Shown piece by piece: positions 18,097 to 27,278 of a DNA stretch of 64,000 bases; positions within the stretch are counted from its first letter, which is position 1; each line of letters opens with the position of its first letter. The notes under the pieces were generated by a model. The model was not told where the DNA came from and searched no databases. It saw only the letters and a list, made by a program, of their open reading frames with translations. The translations under genes were made by a program, and so were the position numbers. The DNA lies in IMG/VR virus record IMGVR_UViG_3300028394_002328, positions 271,036-335,035 of that record, one strand, 5' to 3'.

Positions 18097-18860
18097 GTAA
18101 ACTTATCTCTAACAATACTCTAGTAACCCAACTATTTTTAATTATAGCAATTATAGGGGGAATCATTGGGCTCTATAACTATGAACTGACTGTAGACCAC
18201 ATGATGTTAATTGTTACTGGGTATTTTTTATATAGTTGCTTAGGCATAGTAATAACATTTCATAGGCAATTGACTCACCAAAGTTATAATACGTATCCTA
18301 TACTAACTAAAGTCTTTAGTTTTTTAGGTTGTATGGCCAATACAGGAAGTTCAATATCTTGGGTTGCTACGCATATTAAACATCATTTACATTCTGATAA
18401 ACCAGGCGATCCTCATAGTCCATGGATTTCAAAATGGAAAATATTCCTTCTTAATTACCCCAGTGACAGTGGAATAAAATGGAGAATGCGTAAACTTATC
18501 AGTGACCCTTTTCATTTATTTTTGCATAAATATTATAATCTCTTGATAGTATTATATAGTTCAGTGTTGTTTATATTAGGAGGTTGGAAATTAATGATAT
18601 TTTTACATTGGATACCAACTGTAGTAGTAGCGGTAATGAGCAATGTTGTAAACTATGCGGGACACAAAGATAACTGGTATGGATCATATAAAAACTTTAA
18701 GTTAAATGACCATAGTGCGAACAGTTGGGTATTCGCTATACCAAGCTGGGGTGAAACTTGGCACAACAATCATCATAGATATCCAAGAAATTATACCACT
18801 AGATATAATTGGTACGAATTAGATATATCTGGGCTAATTATTAAACTTATTAAAAAATAA
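18093..18860 (+). CDS. Membrane fatty acid desaturase (delta-9-like), copy 2 (start MSKLIS)
   Basis: HRQLTH, HIKHH, HNNHH; ATGA overlap with copy 1. Confidence 0.92.
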   Translation: MSKLISNNTLVTQLFLIIAIIGGIIGLYNYELTVDHMMLIVTGYFLYSCLGIVITFHRQLTHQSYNTYPILTKVFSFLGCMANTGSSISWVATHIKHHLHSDKPGDPHSPWISKWKIFLLNYPSDSGIKWRMRKLISDPFHLFLHKYYNLLIVLYSSVLFILGGWKLMIFLHWIPTVVVAVMSNVVNYAGHKDNWYGSYKNFKLNDHSANSWVFAIPSWGETWHNNHHRYPRNYTTRYNWYELDISGLIIKLIKK

Positions 18861-18862
18861 AA

Positions 18863-19375
18863 ATGGATTATTCAGATTATTTTACAATATTAAACATAGA
18901 TTTTCCAGTAAGGGAAAAACTGTATCATGAATTAAATTATGCTATTTCAAAAAATTTATTTTATATCAGTCCTACTGAACAAGTGCGATATAATATAAAC
19001 AAAGATTTAAGAAAAGAAATACAAGATATAATGCCGTTTAAAATTAGTGATTGTGGATTTTTTAAAAATGTTCCAAATTGGACCTATCCAGTTCATATTG
19101 ATGGGCAAAGACTTTTTGCAGTTAATATGTTAATGGTAGATGATCATGATGATTTTGAGGTAGTATTTTATGTAGATGATTCTAGTTTAGCAAATGATAT
19201 TGATGGCACTGATAAAGAAAAATTTCGCATCCCTTATGCAAAAGACCAACTTGTATTACTAAACACTAAGAAATATCATTCCGTGAGAAATATAAGTAAC
19301 ACTACAACAAGATATCTATTATCTATTGGTAATATAGATACTGGCTATCATGAAATTAAAAATAAATTTATTTGA
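18863..19375 (+). CDS. Cupin/2OG-Fe(II) oxygenase-like protein
   Basis: YPVHID...AVNML...YHSVRN...R. Confidence 0.65.
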   Translation: MDYSDYFTILNIDFPVREKLYHELNYAISKNLFYISPTEQVRYNINKDLRKEIQDIMPFKISDCGFFKNVPNWTYPVHIDGQRLFAVNMLMVDDHDDFEVVFYVDDSSLANDIDGTDKEKFRIPYAKDQLVLLNTKKYHSVRNISNTTTRYLLSIGNIDTGYHEIKNKFI

Positions 19376-20279
19376 TATTTAAATCGTTAAGAATTTTTTG
19401 ATGCTGTTTTAAGAATTTTATACTTTCAATTTTAGCAGCCTCACCAAATATGCCAATTGGGATAGACCCTTTACTTAGCATATCTCTTCTAGTCTCTGCT
19501 GAATTCATTTCAGTTTGAAAGTCATTGATAATTTTTTCTTTAACAGATAAAGGTAATGACTTATCAACAACTACCCCTAAAGTTAATTGCGTTGGAAATT
19601 TTTCTTTATACTCTTCGACCCAAGTATTAACCTTTACACCCGTAAAAGAAATATCGTGAGTAGAAATTATTAAATTTATTTTGTCATTATTGATGAAAGA
19701 GAGTATTGTAGGTAAATTTGCAAAATAGCAATCTACATGTCCTCCCAACAAATCAAGTGTTGGTTTATTTCCACCCGTAATATAGTTAACTATTTGATGA
19801 TCTTTGTTTATTTTATTAAAAAATATTTTAGAAGTTATTTCTTCTACCCCGTTAACAGCGGTACTTGCAAAATTCAAATCCTTTTTATAATTTGATATAT
19901 CACGAACATTTTTAAATCCCAAATCTGTCCTACATGCTAATACAGCCGGACTTGATGCAATTAATCCAATTATCTCAAGGTCATCTACATTGTAAATTAA
20001 ATTTTCCTTATATATAATTTTATTAGTAACAAATGTATTTTCCATGACAACGAATGACATAGATTTTTTTTCTTGCATTTCTCGTATACCAAGCTGACCG
20101 TTTGCCCCTGGTTTATTAGTAACCATATAATTTAATGATAACTTATTTTTTATCAATGCTCTAGCTATAATATCAGTATTACCACCAACCGCATACCCAA
20201 CAATTAGTTCTTGTTGACGATTAGCAAAGCTATTTGTTATTAACCCAAAAATTAAAACTAATTTAATTAGAACTTTCAT
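19368..20279 (-). CDS. Bug/TctC-family substrate-binding protein, copy 2
   Basis: LIVGYAVGGNTDIIAR, NKPGANG, LLGGHVD. Confidence 0.85.
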   Translation of the reverse strand: MKVLIKLVLIFGLITNSFANRQQELIVGYAVGGNTDIIARALIKNKLSLNYMVTNKPGANGQLGIREMQEKKSMSFVVMENTFVTNKIIYKENLIYNVDDLEIIGLIASSPAVLACRTDLGFKNVRDISNYKKDLNFASTAVNGVEEITSKIFFNKINKDHQIVNYITGGNKPTLDLLGGHVDCYFANLPTILSFINNDKINLIISTHDISFTGVKVNTWVEEYKEKFPTQLTLGVVVDKSLPLSVKEKIINDFQTEMNSAETRRDMLSKGSIPIGIFGEAAKIESIKFLKQHQKILNDLNIK

Positions 20280-21417
20280 TTTTCATTTTTCCTACTCTGT
20301 AAATTTTTTTAAATGATACGAGGCCCTCAGGACCGTTGTCATTTGTATACACATATTTACTAGCCATTTTAACCATAGAGTTTATTCCCTCTTTCCAAAT
20401 TTGGTAGGCTCTAGATTCTGTATGGTTGATTAAAAACCAATGGTCATACTCTCTATTCCAATCTAAGATTGGCTTATCAGCTTGAAACCAATTATTATTC
20501 CAAGTTGAATAAATTATATTTCTCAGCATTTTCTCATGAATAAGATTATAAACTTTAGTACCAATTGGTACAGTCCAAATTTTTTGATGTACAGGATTTA
20601 ACTCTAAGTATTTTTTAATAACATGTGCTTGTTTACATATTATTTCAAATGCATTTGGGTTCCAGTAAAAATACTCTACTGTTGCATTATCATATCCTTG
20701 AAGGTAATTTTCTACCCCCGAATTAGTAGCTCTATCGGTAAAACCAACAACAAAATCATTAAATTTATTAATAGCAGATCTAGGTTTACATACACCTAAT
20801 ATTACACCAATTTTTTGATTTTTATCTAAAACTTTTCTTACATCATCAATAGCAGCAATATCCCACCTGACCCCACTGACCGGGCTTAGTAATTCTCTCC
20901 GATTTTCAATCCATCCATCGTCATTGCTTTTTAAATAAGAATCAAAGACATGGTCAGTTAAATCCGATACCGTAATTTTTATATCAGGATATAAATTGTG
21001 AATATCTTTCAGCCTCGGTATTGTTTGTAAAACATGCTCAGAATATAATGAATTGGATGAAGATTGATCGTTTTTATCTAAGTTTTTTACTGAAACTGTT
21101 CCTTTTTCAAAATGAATAACTAGCAGTTCATCAACCTTTAAATTTTGACGAAGGAAGCTAGTTAACAAATTATGTGAGTCTGCTCCACCACTATATAGAA
21201 TTATAATATAATCATATTTTTCCCGCAATTCCTTGGCTCTTTTGTCATATAACTCATCAAGAGTTTGGTTAGGTTCTACTGTCCAATCAAATTTATCAAA
21301 AGCATTGTCATAAAACGCCCATTCTACTTCTTGATTAGTTTCGGTAGCATGAATGCAAGCTAAAATTTTATTAGTAAATGTTTTAGATCCTACACGGTAG
21401 TAGCTGTTATTTTTCAT
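20263..21417 (-). CDS. PP-loop (adenine nucleotide alpha-hydrolase) ATPase
   Basis: ILYSGGADS motif. Confidence 0.65.
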   Translation of the reverse strand: MKNNSYYRVGSKTFTNKILACIHATETNQEVEWAFYDNAFDKFDWTVEPNQTLDELYDKRAKELREKYDYIIILYSGGADSHNLLTSFLRQNLKVDELLVIHFEKGTVSVKNLDKNDQSSSNSLYSEHVLQTIPRLKDIHNLYPDIKITVSDLTDHVFDSYLKSNDDGWIENRRELLSPVSGVRWDIAAIDDVRKVLDKNQKIGVILGVCKPRSAINKFNDFVVGFTDRATNSGVENYLQGYDNATVEYFYWNPNAFEIICKQAHVIKKYLELNPVHQKIWTVPIGTKVYNLIHEKMLRNIIYSTWNNNWFQADKPILDWNREYDHWFLINHTESRAYQIWKEGINSMVKMASKYVYTNDNGPEGLVSFKKIYRVGKMKNESSN

Positions 21418-21462
21418 ATTATGTATTTATTGAGTAAATAATAGTAGTTTATATTTCATCGA

Positions 21463-22644
21463 ATGAATCCAAAAACCTGTATGTTTCCTTTCACTTCATT
21501 GAGTGTGTCGCCCCGAGGCGCAATCAGACCATGCTGCATGTATAATAGTCCTGATATGCCCACTTGGGAAAATATCAAAGACTTAACATCGGAAGTACCA
21601 TGGCCTAGCAAATCTATTAAGATACTTCAAGAAAAAATGTTGAGTGATCGCATAGAAGAATTAACTCCATTGTGCAACTCTTGTTGGGAACCTGAAAATG
21701 CAGGACTTGATAGTCATAGATTAAGATACCAAAGATTATTAGCACTTCCAAATGAAGAGTTAATTAAAACCCCTAAACTAACATTTTTAGATTTACAGTT
21801 TGGATACTTATGTAATTTAAGTTGTATTATGTGCCATCCCGAAGAAAGTTCACAGGTTCAAAAAACAATTTTCAAATTAATAGACAATACTTCAAATACT
21901 AAACAAAAAAAAATTTACCAATCTAAGGTAAATTTATATGACAACCATGATTGGACTGTAGATGAAAATTCGTATCAAAAAGTTTTGGAATTATGCCAGC
22001 CTGTCAAGAATATTAAAATATCAGGGGGAGAGCCATTTTTTAATCCAAAATTTAAACCTTTCTTAGAATTTTTATTATCAAAAAAAGTTCCAATTGAATA
22101 CTTGCATGTGACCACAAATTTAACTATATACGATAAAGACATTGTTGAACTGTTAAATAGATTTACTAATGTTAGATTTAGATTCAGTTTAGAATCAATA
22201 GGTAAAGAAGATGACTTTATAAGATGGCCTAGCAGATGGGAGGAAAAACAAGAAAATTTACATGCATATTTAAGTCAGTTACACACAAAAAACATTGTTT
22301 CTAGTACATGCATCCAAAGTTTAAATCTATTTTCTTTTTCAAATACTATTAAATTCTTGAAAAATTTACGTTATAATATCAATATTCAACAACAAATTGC
22401 TGAAAATTCATTAGCTGGGATTTATTACTCCGACAAACAATATATTGAACACTACTTAAAAAATAATGAAGCTAATTTTATATCTAAGTATTTAGAAAAT
22501 ATTATAACCCATATCAATGATCCTTCATTTCAAGTTAATTATTTTCTAGATATGGCCAAACTACAAAATAAAAATATACAAAACGAATTTCCAATTTGGT
22601 ATGAGTTTCATACCAAATATATTAGAGATTCAAATTCAACGTAA
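21463..22644 (+). CDS. Radical SAM protein with N-terminal SPASM/twitch domain
   Basis: N-terminal C..PF...RPCC...C..C; CNLSCIMC; SGGEPF. Confidence 0.88.
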   Translation: MNPKTCMFPFTSLSVSPRGAIRPCCMYNSPDMPTWENIKDLTSEVPWPSKSIKILQEKMLSDRIEELTPLCNSCWEPENAGLDSHRLRYQRLLALPNEELIKTPKLTFLDLQFGYLCNLSCIMCHPEESSQVQKTIFKLIDNTSNTKQKKIYQSKVNLYDNHDWTVDENSYQKVLELCQPVKNIKISGGEPFFNPKFKPFLEFLLSKKVPIEYLHVTTNLTIYDKDIVELLNRFTNVRFRFSLESIGKEDDFIRWPSRWEEKQENLHAYLSQLHTKNIVSSTCIQSLNLFSFSNTIKFLKNLRYNINIQQQIAENSLAGIYYSDKQYIEHYLKNNEANFISKYLENIITHINDPSFQVNYFLDMAKLQNKNIQNEFPIWYEFHTKYIRDSNST

Positions 22645-23338
22645 AGTTTGGATTTAGTGCGTGAAGATATTCGTAAAATGCATCATTTAATTTTGAATCC
22701 CGTTTTCTAAATGTAATAACTAATGCAATTCTTTTACCTGTTAAAAAATTAGCTCCATGAATAATATCGGTTCTAAAATAATACCAGGTTTTAGGTTTTA
22801 AAATCGTACTAGTTATTTCTTTATAACCTCTTATATCCCGTATATTTTTCATTGTTTCATGTTTATATAACGAGCTATTTGGATCATGATACCAACTTGT
22901 AATAATATTTTCACCGCCCAAATCTATAAAATATATAAGTTCACCGGCTCTTCCTTTATCAACATGGGGGGTTTGCCAACCATTTTTTTCCGTGGATTTG
23001 GGCCATGTTGTTTGAAGATGAATCATCCAATCGTCTCCGACCGAATCTTTATCCCCATTATATTTAAATTCAGAAAGTAAAGGAAAAGTGTTTTTAGACC
23101 ATTCAATCATAGGTTCTAATTCATTTGGATGTAGCTTATGATGTAAGAAATAAGCGACATTTGTAATTCTTCCATCATCAGTATCAACATATGGTCTTCT
23201 ATCAGGATCATTTATTTGATCTAATTCACTAGCTACTACTCGTTGCGGATCAGGTTCATAGTTTTTAGGAACAGGAGTCTCTAAATTTCGATTCCCTAAG
23301 TTCATATCCATATAGCAAAGAATTTTAGAATAGTCCAT
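22622..23338 (-). CDS. Cupin/2OG-Fe(II) oxygenase-like protein
   Basis: TPHVD...IYFID...IIHGA....R. Confidence 0.6.
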   Translation of the reverse strand: MDYSKILCYMDMNLGNRNLETPVPKNYEPDPQRVVASELDQINDPDRRPYVDTDDGRITNVAYFLHHKLHPNELEPMIEWSKNTFPLLSEFKYNGDKDSVGDDWMIHLQTTWPKSTEKNGWQTPHVDKGRAGELIYFIDLGGENIITSWYHDPNSSLYKHETMKNIRDIRGYKEITSTILKPKTWYYFRTDIIHGANFLTGKRIALVITFRKRDSKLNDAFYEYLHALNPNFTLNLNL

Positions 23339-23377
23339 TTTGTCTCATAAATATCTATTTATTATAAGAGAAGTTGA

Positions 23378-24322
23378 ATGTTTTTTACTGGCCATAATAA
23401 TTGGTATCAATGGGGATATGACAATTCAAATTGGTTAGGGCGACGGACATCAATAGATCAGACATTTTGTAGTAGATATGTCATTGACAAAATAAAATCA
23501 ATGACATTTGCAGAAGCTTTGGATTATAACTTAAAGACCTTTGTTAATGACTTTCCAAATGAAAAATATGCTTTATTATTATCTGGAGGATCAGAAAGTG
23601 AAACGGTATTTCGAACATTTATAAAAAATAAAGTTGACTTTACTCCATATATTTTTCGTTATGAAAACGACATAAACATTTACGATGTATCATACGCTAT
23701 TACACTGTGCGAATCACATGAGAAAAAATATAGGTTAATTGATCTAAATTTAAAAAAATTTTTTGAACATGGTGCCGAAAAAATAAGCGAATATGCTCAA
23801 ATTGACAACCCCCGTTTGTTACCACAATTAAAGTTTTTAGATTATATTGATGAAATGCCAATTGGCTGTCACGGTGAACCGAGCTGGCATAGGCTTAATC
23901 ATAGTTACGAAGAGCCTGGTATATGGGTTAATTCTGAATTTGAATTTGAAATGGGATGGGACAAATATATTCAACGCACCAATCGAACATCTATAATGTT
24001 ATGGTTTAAATATACCCCCGAACTTGCATTAGCATATAACCAAACACCGTGGATTAATACGTTAATAAATGACGGATTTTATGGTAAGCTTGGGCCTAGA
24101 AGTACAAAAATTCAAGCATATAAACAAGTTTACCCTGAAATGCTTTTTAGAAAAAAACAAACCGGATTTGAAAAAATTGAATTCGTTATTGACGAATTTG
24201 AAAAATTTTTATATCAAAAGTATAATGGATTTTTATACCGAGGAATAGTACAACGATCTAGAGAGGAAGTTTTTAAAATATTATTGAAAAATGTAAATAC
24301 TTTTATGACGTTACTGCCGTAA
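23378..24322 (+). CDS. PP-loop ATPase-like protein, copy 2
   Basis: LLLSGGSESE degenerate SGGxDS motif. Confidence 0.55.
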   Translation: MFFTGHNNWYQWGYDNSNWLGRRTSIDQTFCSRYVIDKIKSMTFAEALDYNLKTFVNDFPNEKYALLLSGGSESETVFRTFIKNKVDFTPYIFRYENDINIYDVSYAITLCESHEKKYRLIDLNLKKFFEHGAEKISEYAQIDNPRLLPQLKFLDYIDEMPIGCHGEPSWHRLNHSYEEPGIWVNSEFEFEMGWDKYIQRTNRTSIMLWFKYTPELALAYNQTPWINTLINDGFYGKLGPRSTKIQAYKQVYPEMLFRKKQTGFEKIEFVIDEFEKFLYQKYNGFLYRGIVQRSREEVFKILLKNVNTFMTLLP

Positions 24323-24629
24323 CTAATTGATGCGTAATATTATTTTCCAAACAATAAGCGTCTATTAAAGATTCAAATCTTGCCAAACCTAAAGGATCCG
24401 ATTTAAAGTTTAGATATTGCTCTTCACTTTGCCAAATATTATGCATAGTAAGAGTTAGATTATCTTCTGAATATTCAAACTGTGAGGTTAACCAAAACAT
24501 AGTCTGTACATAATTATTACTAAAGTTTATACAGTATTCAATTTCCTCCGGTGAAGAAAATGACCATTGTGGTATATAAAAATTTACTGAAGTGCTAGGT
24601 CTTACTTGAGTTCTTGTCACAGTGTACAT
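24303..24629 (-). CDS. Small hypothetical protein, possibly ABM/ferredoxin-like fold
   Basis: W.SEEQY motif; Shine-Dalgarno and TAAATA upstream. Confidence 0.5.
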   Translation of the reverse strand: MYTVTRTQVRPSTSVNFYIPQWSFSSPEEIEYCINFSNNYVQTMFWLTSQFEYSEDNLTLTMHNIWQSEEQYLNFKSDPLGLARFESLIDAYCLENNITHQLVTAVTS

Positions 24630-24666
24630 ACTATTCTCCCATTATAATGTATTTATTATAATTAGA

Positions 24667-24695
24667 ATTAAACCTTTGGTAACCAAAGGTTTAAT
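24667..24695. terminator. Perfect 13-bp inverted repeat (hairpin/terminator)
   Basis: ATTAAACCTTTGG-TAA-CCAAAGGTTTAAT. Confidence 0.7.
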
Positions 24696-24701
24696 AGTCC
24701 A

Positions 24702-24839
24702 TCACAGAAGTTCGTAGTCCTGTTTACCTACTCCACATTCAGGACAAGCAAAATCATCAGGTAAATCTTCCCAATGACCTTCTAGTTCTTCATTGTGGAC
24801 ATGACCACATACGATACAAACGTGTTCTTGATTAGCCAT
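24702..24839 (-). CDS. Rubredoxin, 45 aa (missed by ORF track)
   Basis: MANQEHVCIVCGHVHNEELEGHWEDLPDDFACPECGVGKQDYELL; two CxxCG motifs. Confidence 0.92.
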   Translation of the reverse strand: MANQEHVCIVCGHVHNEELEGHWEDLPDDFACPECGVGKQDYELL

Positions 24840-25290
24840 GAGTTAACTCCTCCAATTTTTGTAGATAGGCGGCCGCATGACGTTCTTCAACTCGCTTAAG
24901 AGCGGCAAAACGTTTTTCTGCCTTAGCTAAAATTTGTGCAAATTGTTCGGCATGCTCTCGGCTTTCTTCAATTTGTTCACCAAATTCTTTGACTGCATGA
25001 CCATACATTTCATCGGATGCTTGTCCTTGGAACGTTGGATACATTTCCATGTATTCGTAAGTTTCCCCTTCAATGGCTTTAGTTAAACATTCTACAGTAT
25101 TGGGCTTGCCAATAAGTAACTCAAGATGACCCCAAGCATGTTTGAGTTCTTGATCCGCTGTATGCTCAAAATGTTGGGCAATATCTTCATGCCCTTCTTC
25201 ACGGGCGATCCGAGCAAAATAGCGATATTTAATATGAGCCATTGATTCGCCTGCCAATGCGCTCTCTAAGTTCTTAAGTGTGTTTGACAT
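24832..25290 (-). CDS. rbr: Rubrerythrin (ferritin-like di-iron protein)
   Basis: ALAGES..Y, ELKHA, GETYE..MY, ESREHA. Confidence 0.9.
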   Translation of the reverse strand: MSNTLKNLESALAGESMAHIKYRYFARIAREEGHEDIAQHFEHTADQELKHAWGHLELLIGKPNTVECLTKAIEGETYEYMEMYPTFQGQASDEMYGHAVKEFGEQIEESREHAEQFAQILAKAEKRFAALKRVEERHAAAYLQKLEELTHG

Positions 25291-25322
25291 AATGTCTCCT
25301 TTGTGTGTGATGTTATTTAGTC

Positions 25323-25346
25323 AAAAAAGGCCGTGCGGCCCTTTTT
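25323..25346. terminator. Bidirectional intrinsic terminator
   Basis: A run-GGCC GTGC GGCC-T run. Confidence 0.65.
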
Positions 25347-25362
25347 ATCATTTTAAATTAGT

Positions 25363-25917
25363 TTAAAATGAGTGAGTGTACGCTAGGTTATAGCTGTGAT
25401 TGAAACTGTCACCACGAACTAGGTCATAACGAAGACCAACACTATCATGTTTGGTAATAGCATAGCTAACACCGGCACGAGCAGTATGGGTAGTGTCAAG
25501 ATCACCATTGTTACCAAAACCATTACGGAAACGATAACCAACCTTGGCAGTTAGCTTGTCAAACATAGTGTATGTAACGCCCGGCTCGACACTGTAGTAA
25601 CCAAAATTAGCGCCATTAGTGAACTTTTCACCTGTAGCAACACGGGTGTAAACACCAACTGGGCCAACTGGTAGTGAACCAGTTAAACCAACTTCAAGAC
25701 GGTCGCTAAGTGCTTTAGTGCCAGCCTGTTGGTAAGCTGTAAAGCCAATATCACCGGCAAACATTTTGCCAAATGATTCTTTAACGCTGAGTTGATAGTT
25801 GCTGCTGTCGCGGGCACCACGATCACCCTTTTGGATTTGATCTTCAAGGGTAATGCTAGCTGCATTGGCTAGACCAGTAACAGCCGCTAGTGCTGCGATT
25901 GCGAAAACTTTCTTCAT
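25363..25917 (-). CDS. Outer-membrane beta-barrel (porin-like) protein
   Basis: Signal peptide MKKVFAIAALAAVTGLANA; amphipathic strands; C-terminal YTHSF. Confidence 0.75.
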   Translation of the reverse strand: MKKVFAIAALAAVTGLANAASITLEDQIQKGDRGARDSSNYQLSVKESFGKMFAGDIGFTAYQQAGTKALSDRLEVGLTGSLPVGPVGVYTRVATGEKFTNGANFGYYSVEPGVTYTMFDKLTAKVGYRFRNGFGNNGDLDTTHTARAGVSYAITKHDSVGLRYDLVRGDSFNHSYNLAYTHSF

Positions 25918-25946
25918 ATAGATATCTCCTTTAAAAAGTTTCATAC

Positions 25947-25975
25947 AGTATATATTTATTCTAAAGTGGTGTCAA
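25947..25975 (-). promoter_or_regulatory. Sigma70 promoter with an overlapping TAAATA late core
   Basis: TTGACA-17 nt-TATACT; spacer ends ATAAATA. Confidence 0.75.
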
Positions 25976-26024
25976 TATAATTTTTACCCATAAAAAATGT
26001 ATAAATATTAAAAAAGGACAATAT

Positions 26025-26651
26025 ATGAGTGAGATTGTAATACCTTCAATTCGTGAAACATTGCGTATACAACGTTGGGACGATCATAGATATTATCATC
26101 ATAGCAGAATTAATCAATTCTTACATTTGATTTCGGCTACTAGTTTCTTAGTAGCATATGTATATTTGTTTGTCAACCCCGTAATCTCATCTTACATTGC
26201 TTGGTTTGTAGCTATGACTACACGCCAAATTGGGCATTTCTTTTTTGAACCCGATGGTTACGATGAATATAACAAGGCCACTTTTGAATACAAAGAAAAG
26301 ATAAAAGTTGGATTCAATCTCAAACGTAAACGAGTGTTACTAGCATGTTGGGCAGCAGTACCTATACTAGCTTACTTTGATGCCGAACTTTTTAACTTTA
26401 TCATGCCCGATGCTAGCCCAGATACACTGTTTAATCGTATTGGGTGGGGTTGGTTATGGTTGGGTGTAGCAGGTGTAGTATTTAGAATGATTCAACTTAC
26501 TGCTATTGAAAGTCGCCGTACTGCTATCACTTGGTGTATTAAGATCATTACAGATCCATTCCACGATGTCGTTATCTATCGTAAAAGTCCACTATATTTA
26601 ATGCAGGGACAACTCATTGACCCCGACTTAAGACAAGACTACGAAGATTAA
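26025..26651 (+). CDS. Membrane protein, Mpo1/DUF962-like
   Basis: YYHHSRINQFLHLIS and QIGHFFFE His pattern; 4-5 transmembrane segments. Confidence 0.55.
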   Translation: MSEIVIPSIRETLRIQRWDDHRYYHHSRINQFLHLISATSFLVAYVYLFVNPVISSYIAWFVAMTTRQIGHFFFEPDGYDEYNKATFEYKEKIKVGFNLKRKRVLLACWAAVPILAYFDAELFNFIMPDASPDTLFNRIGWGWLWLGVAGVVFRMIQLTAIESRRTAITWCIKIITDPFHDVVIYRKSPLYLMQGQLIDPDLRQDYED

Positions 26652-26655
26652 TTTT
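26634..26655 (+). repeat. 22-bp direct repeat (second copy 27265-27286) flanking a one-gene cassette
   Basis: caagactacgaagattaatttt at both positions. Confidence 0.9.
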
Positions 26656-26679
26656 CAAGACTTAGATATTAAATAACTG

Positions 26680-27252
26680 ATGTACTATTTAGAATTGCCT
26701 AATTTTCCAACAGATGTGTTGACCGAGCAGTATCAACGTCCAGGCTCGTATGATATTAAAGTTAATTATTGGAATGTTAAAATAGAATTTTTTAAAAAAC
26801 AGATAATTGATTTTTTTGTAAGTCATAATCTAGAATTAAAAGATGGAGAAATATTTAAGAAAAGTCCCGGAATAATAGGTATTGTTCATACTGATGTTGT
26901 TTGGGATAGTTTTCAATCTGCATGGACCCGTTGGCATTGTGCTGTTAATATTAACCTTGACAACACTAATTCATTGATGTATTGGTTTTCAACTACCGAT
27001 ACTGAAGTGTATCCCATGCCAGGAGCAACTGGATTAAGAGGAATTCATTATGGCACTAAAAATAATAACAACTTTCATGACCGTGATGAATATACAGTCC
27101 TCGATAGTTTTTGCATTAATGGTCCAACGCTAGTAAGAACCAGTGTTCCTCACTTGGTTAAGAATTTAGATAATAAAGATCGGTGGTGCCTTAGTCTAAG
27201 ATTTAAGGGAAACCCAACTTTTGAAGAATGTGCTAAGAAATTGCTCCTTTAA
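26680..27252 (+). CDS. Cupin/2OG-Fe(II) oxygenase-like protein
   Basis: IVHTD...AVNINL...VPHLVKN...R..LSLRF. Confidence 0.65.
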   Translation: MYYLELPNFPTDVLTEQYQRPGSYDIKVNYWNVKIEFFKKQIIDFFVSHNLELKDGEIFKKSPGIIGIVHTDVVWDSFQSAWTRWHCAVNINLDNTNSLMYWFSTTDTEVYPMPGATGLRGIHYGTKNNNNFHDRDEYTVLDSFCINGPTLVRTSVPHLVKNLDNKDRWCLSLRFKGNPTFEECAKKLLL

Positions 27253-27278
27253 AGTGATCTACGCCAAGACTACGAAGA

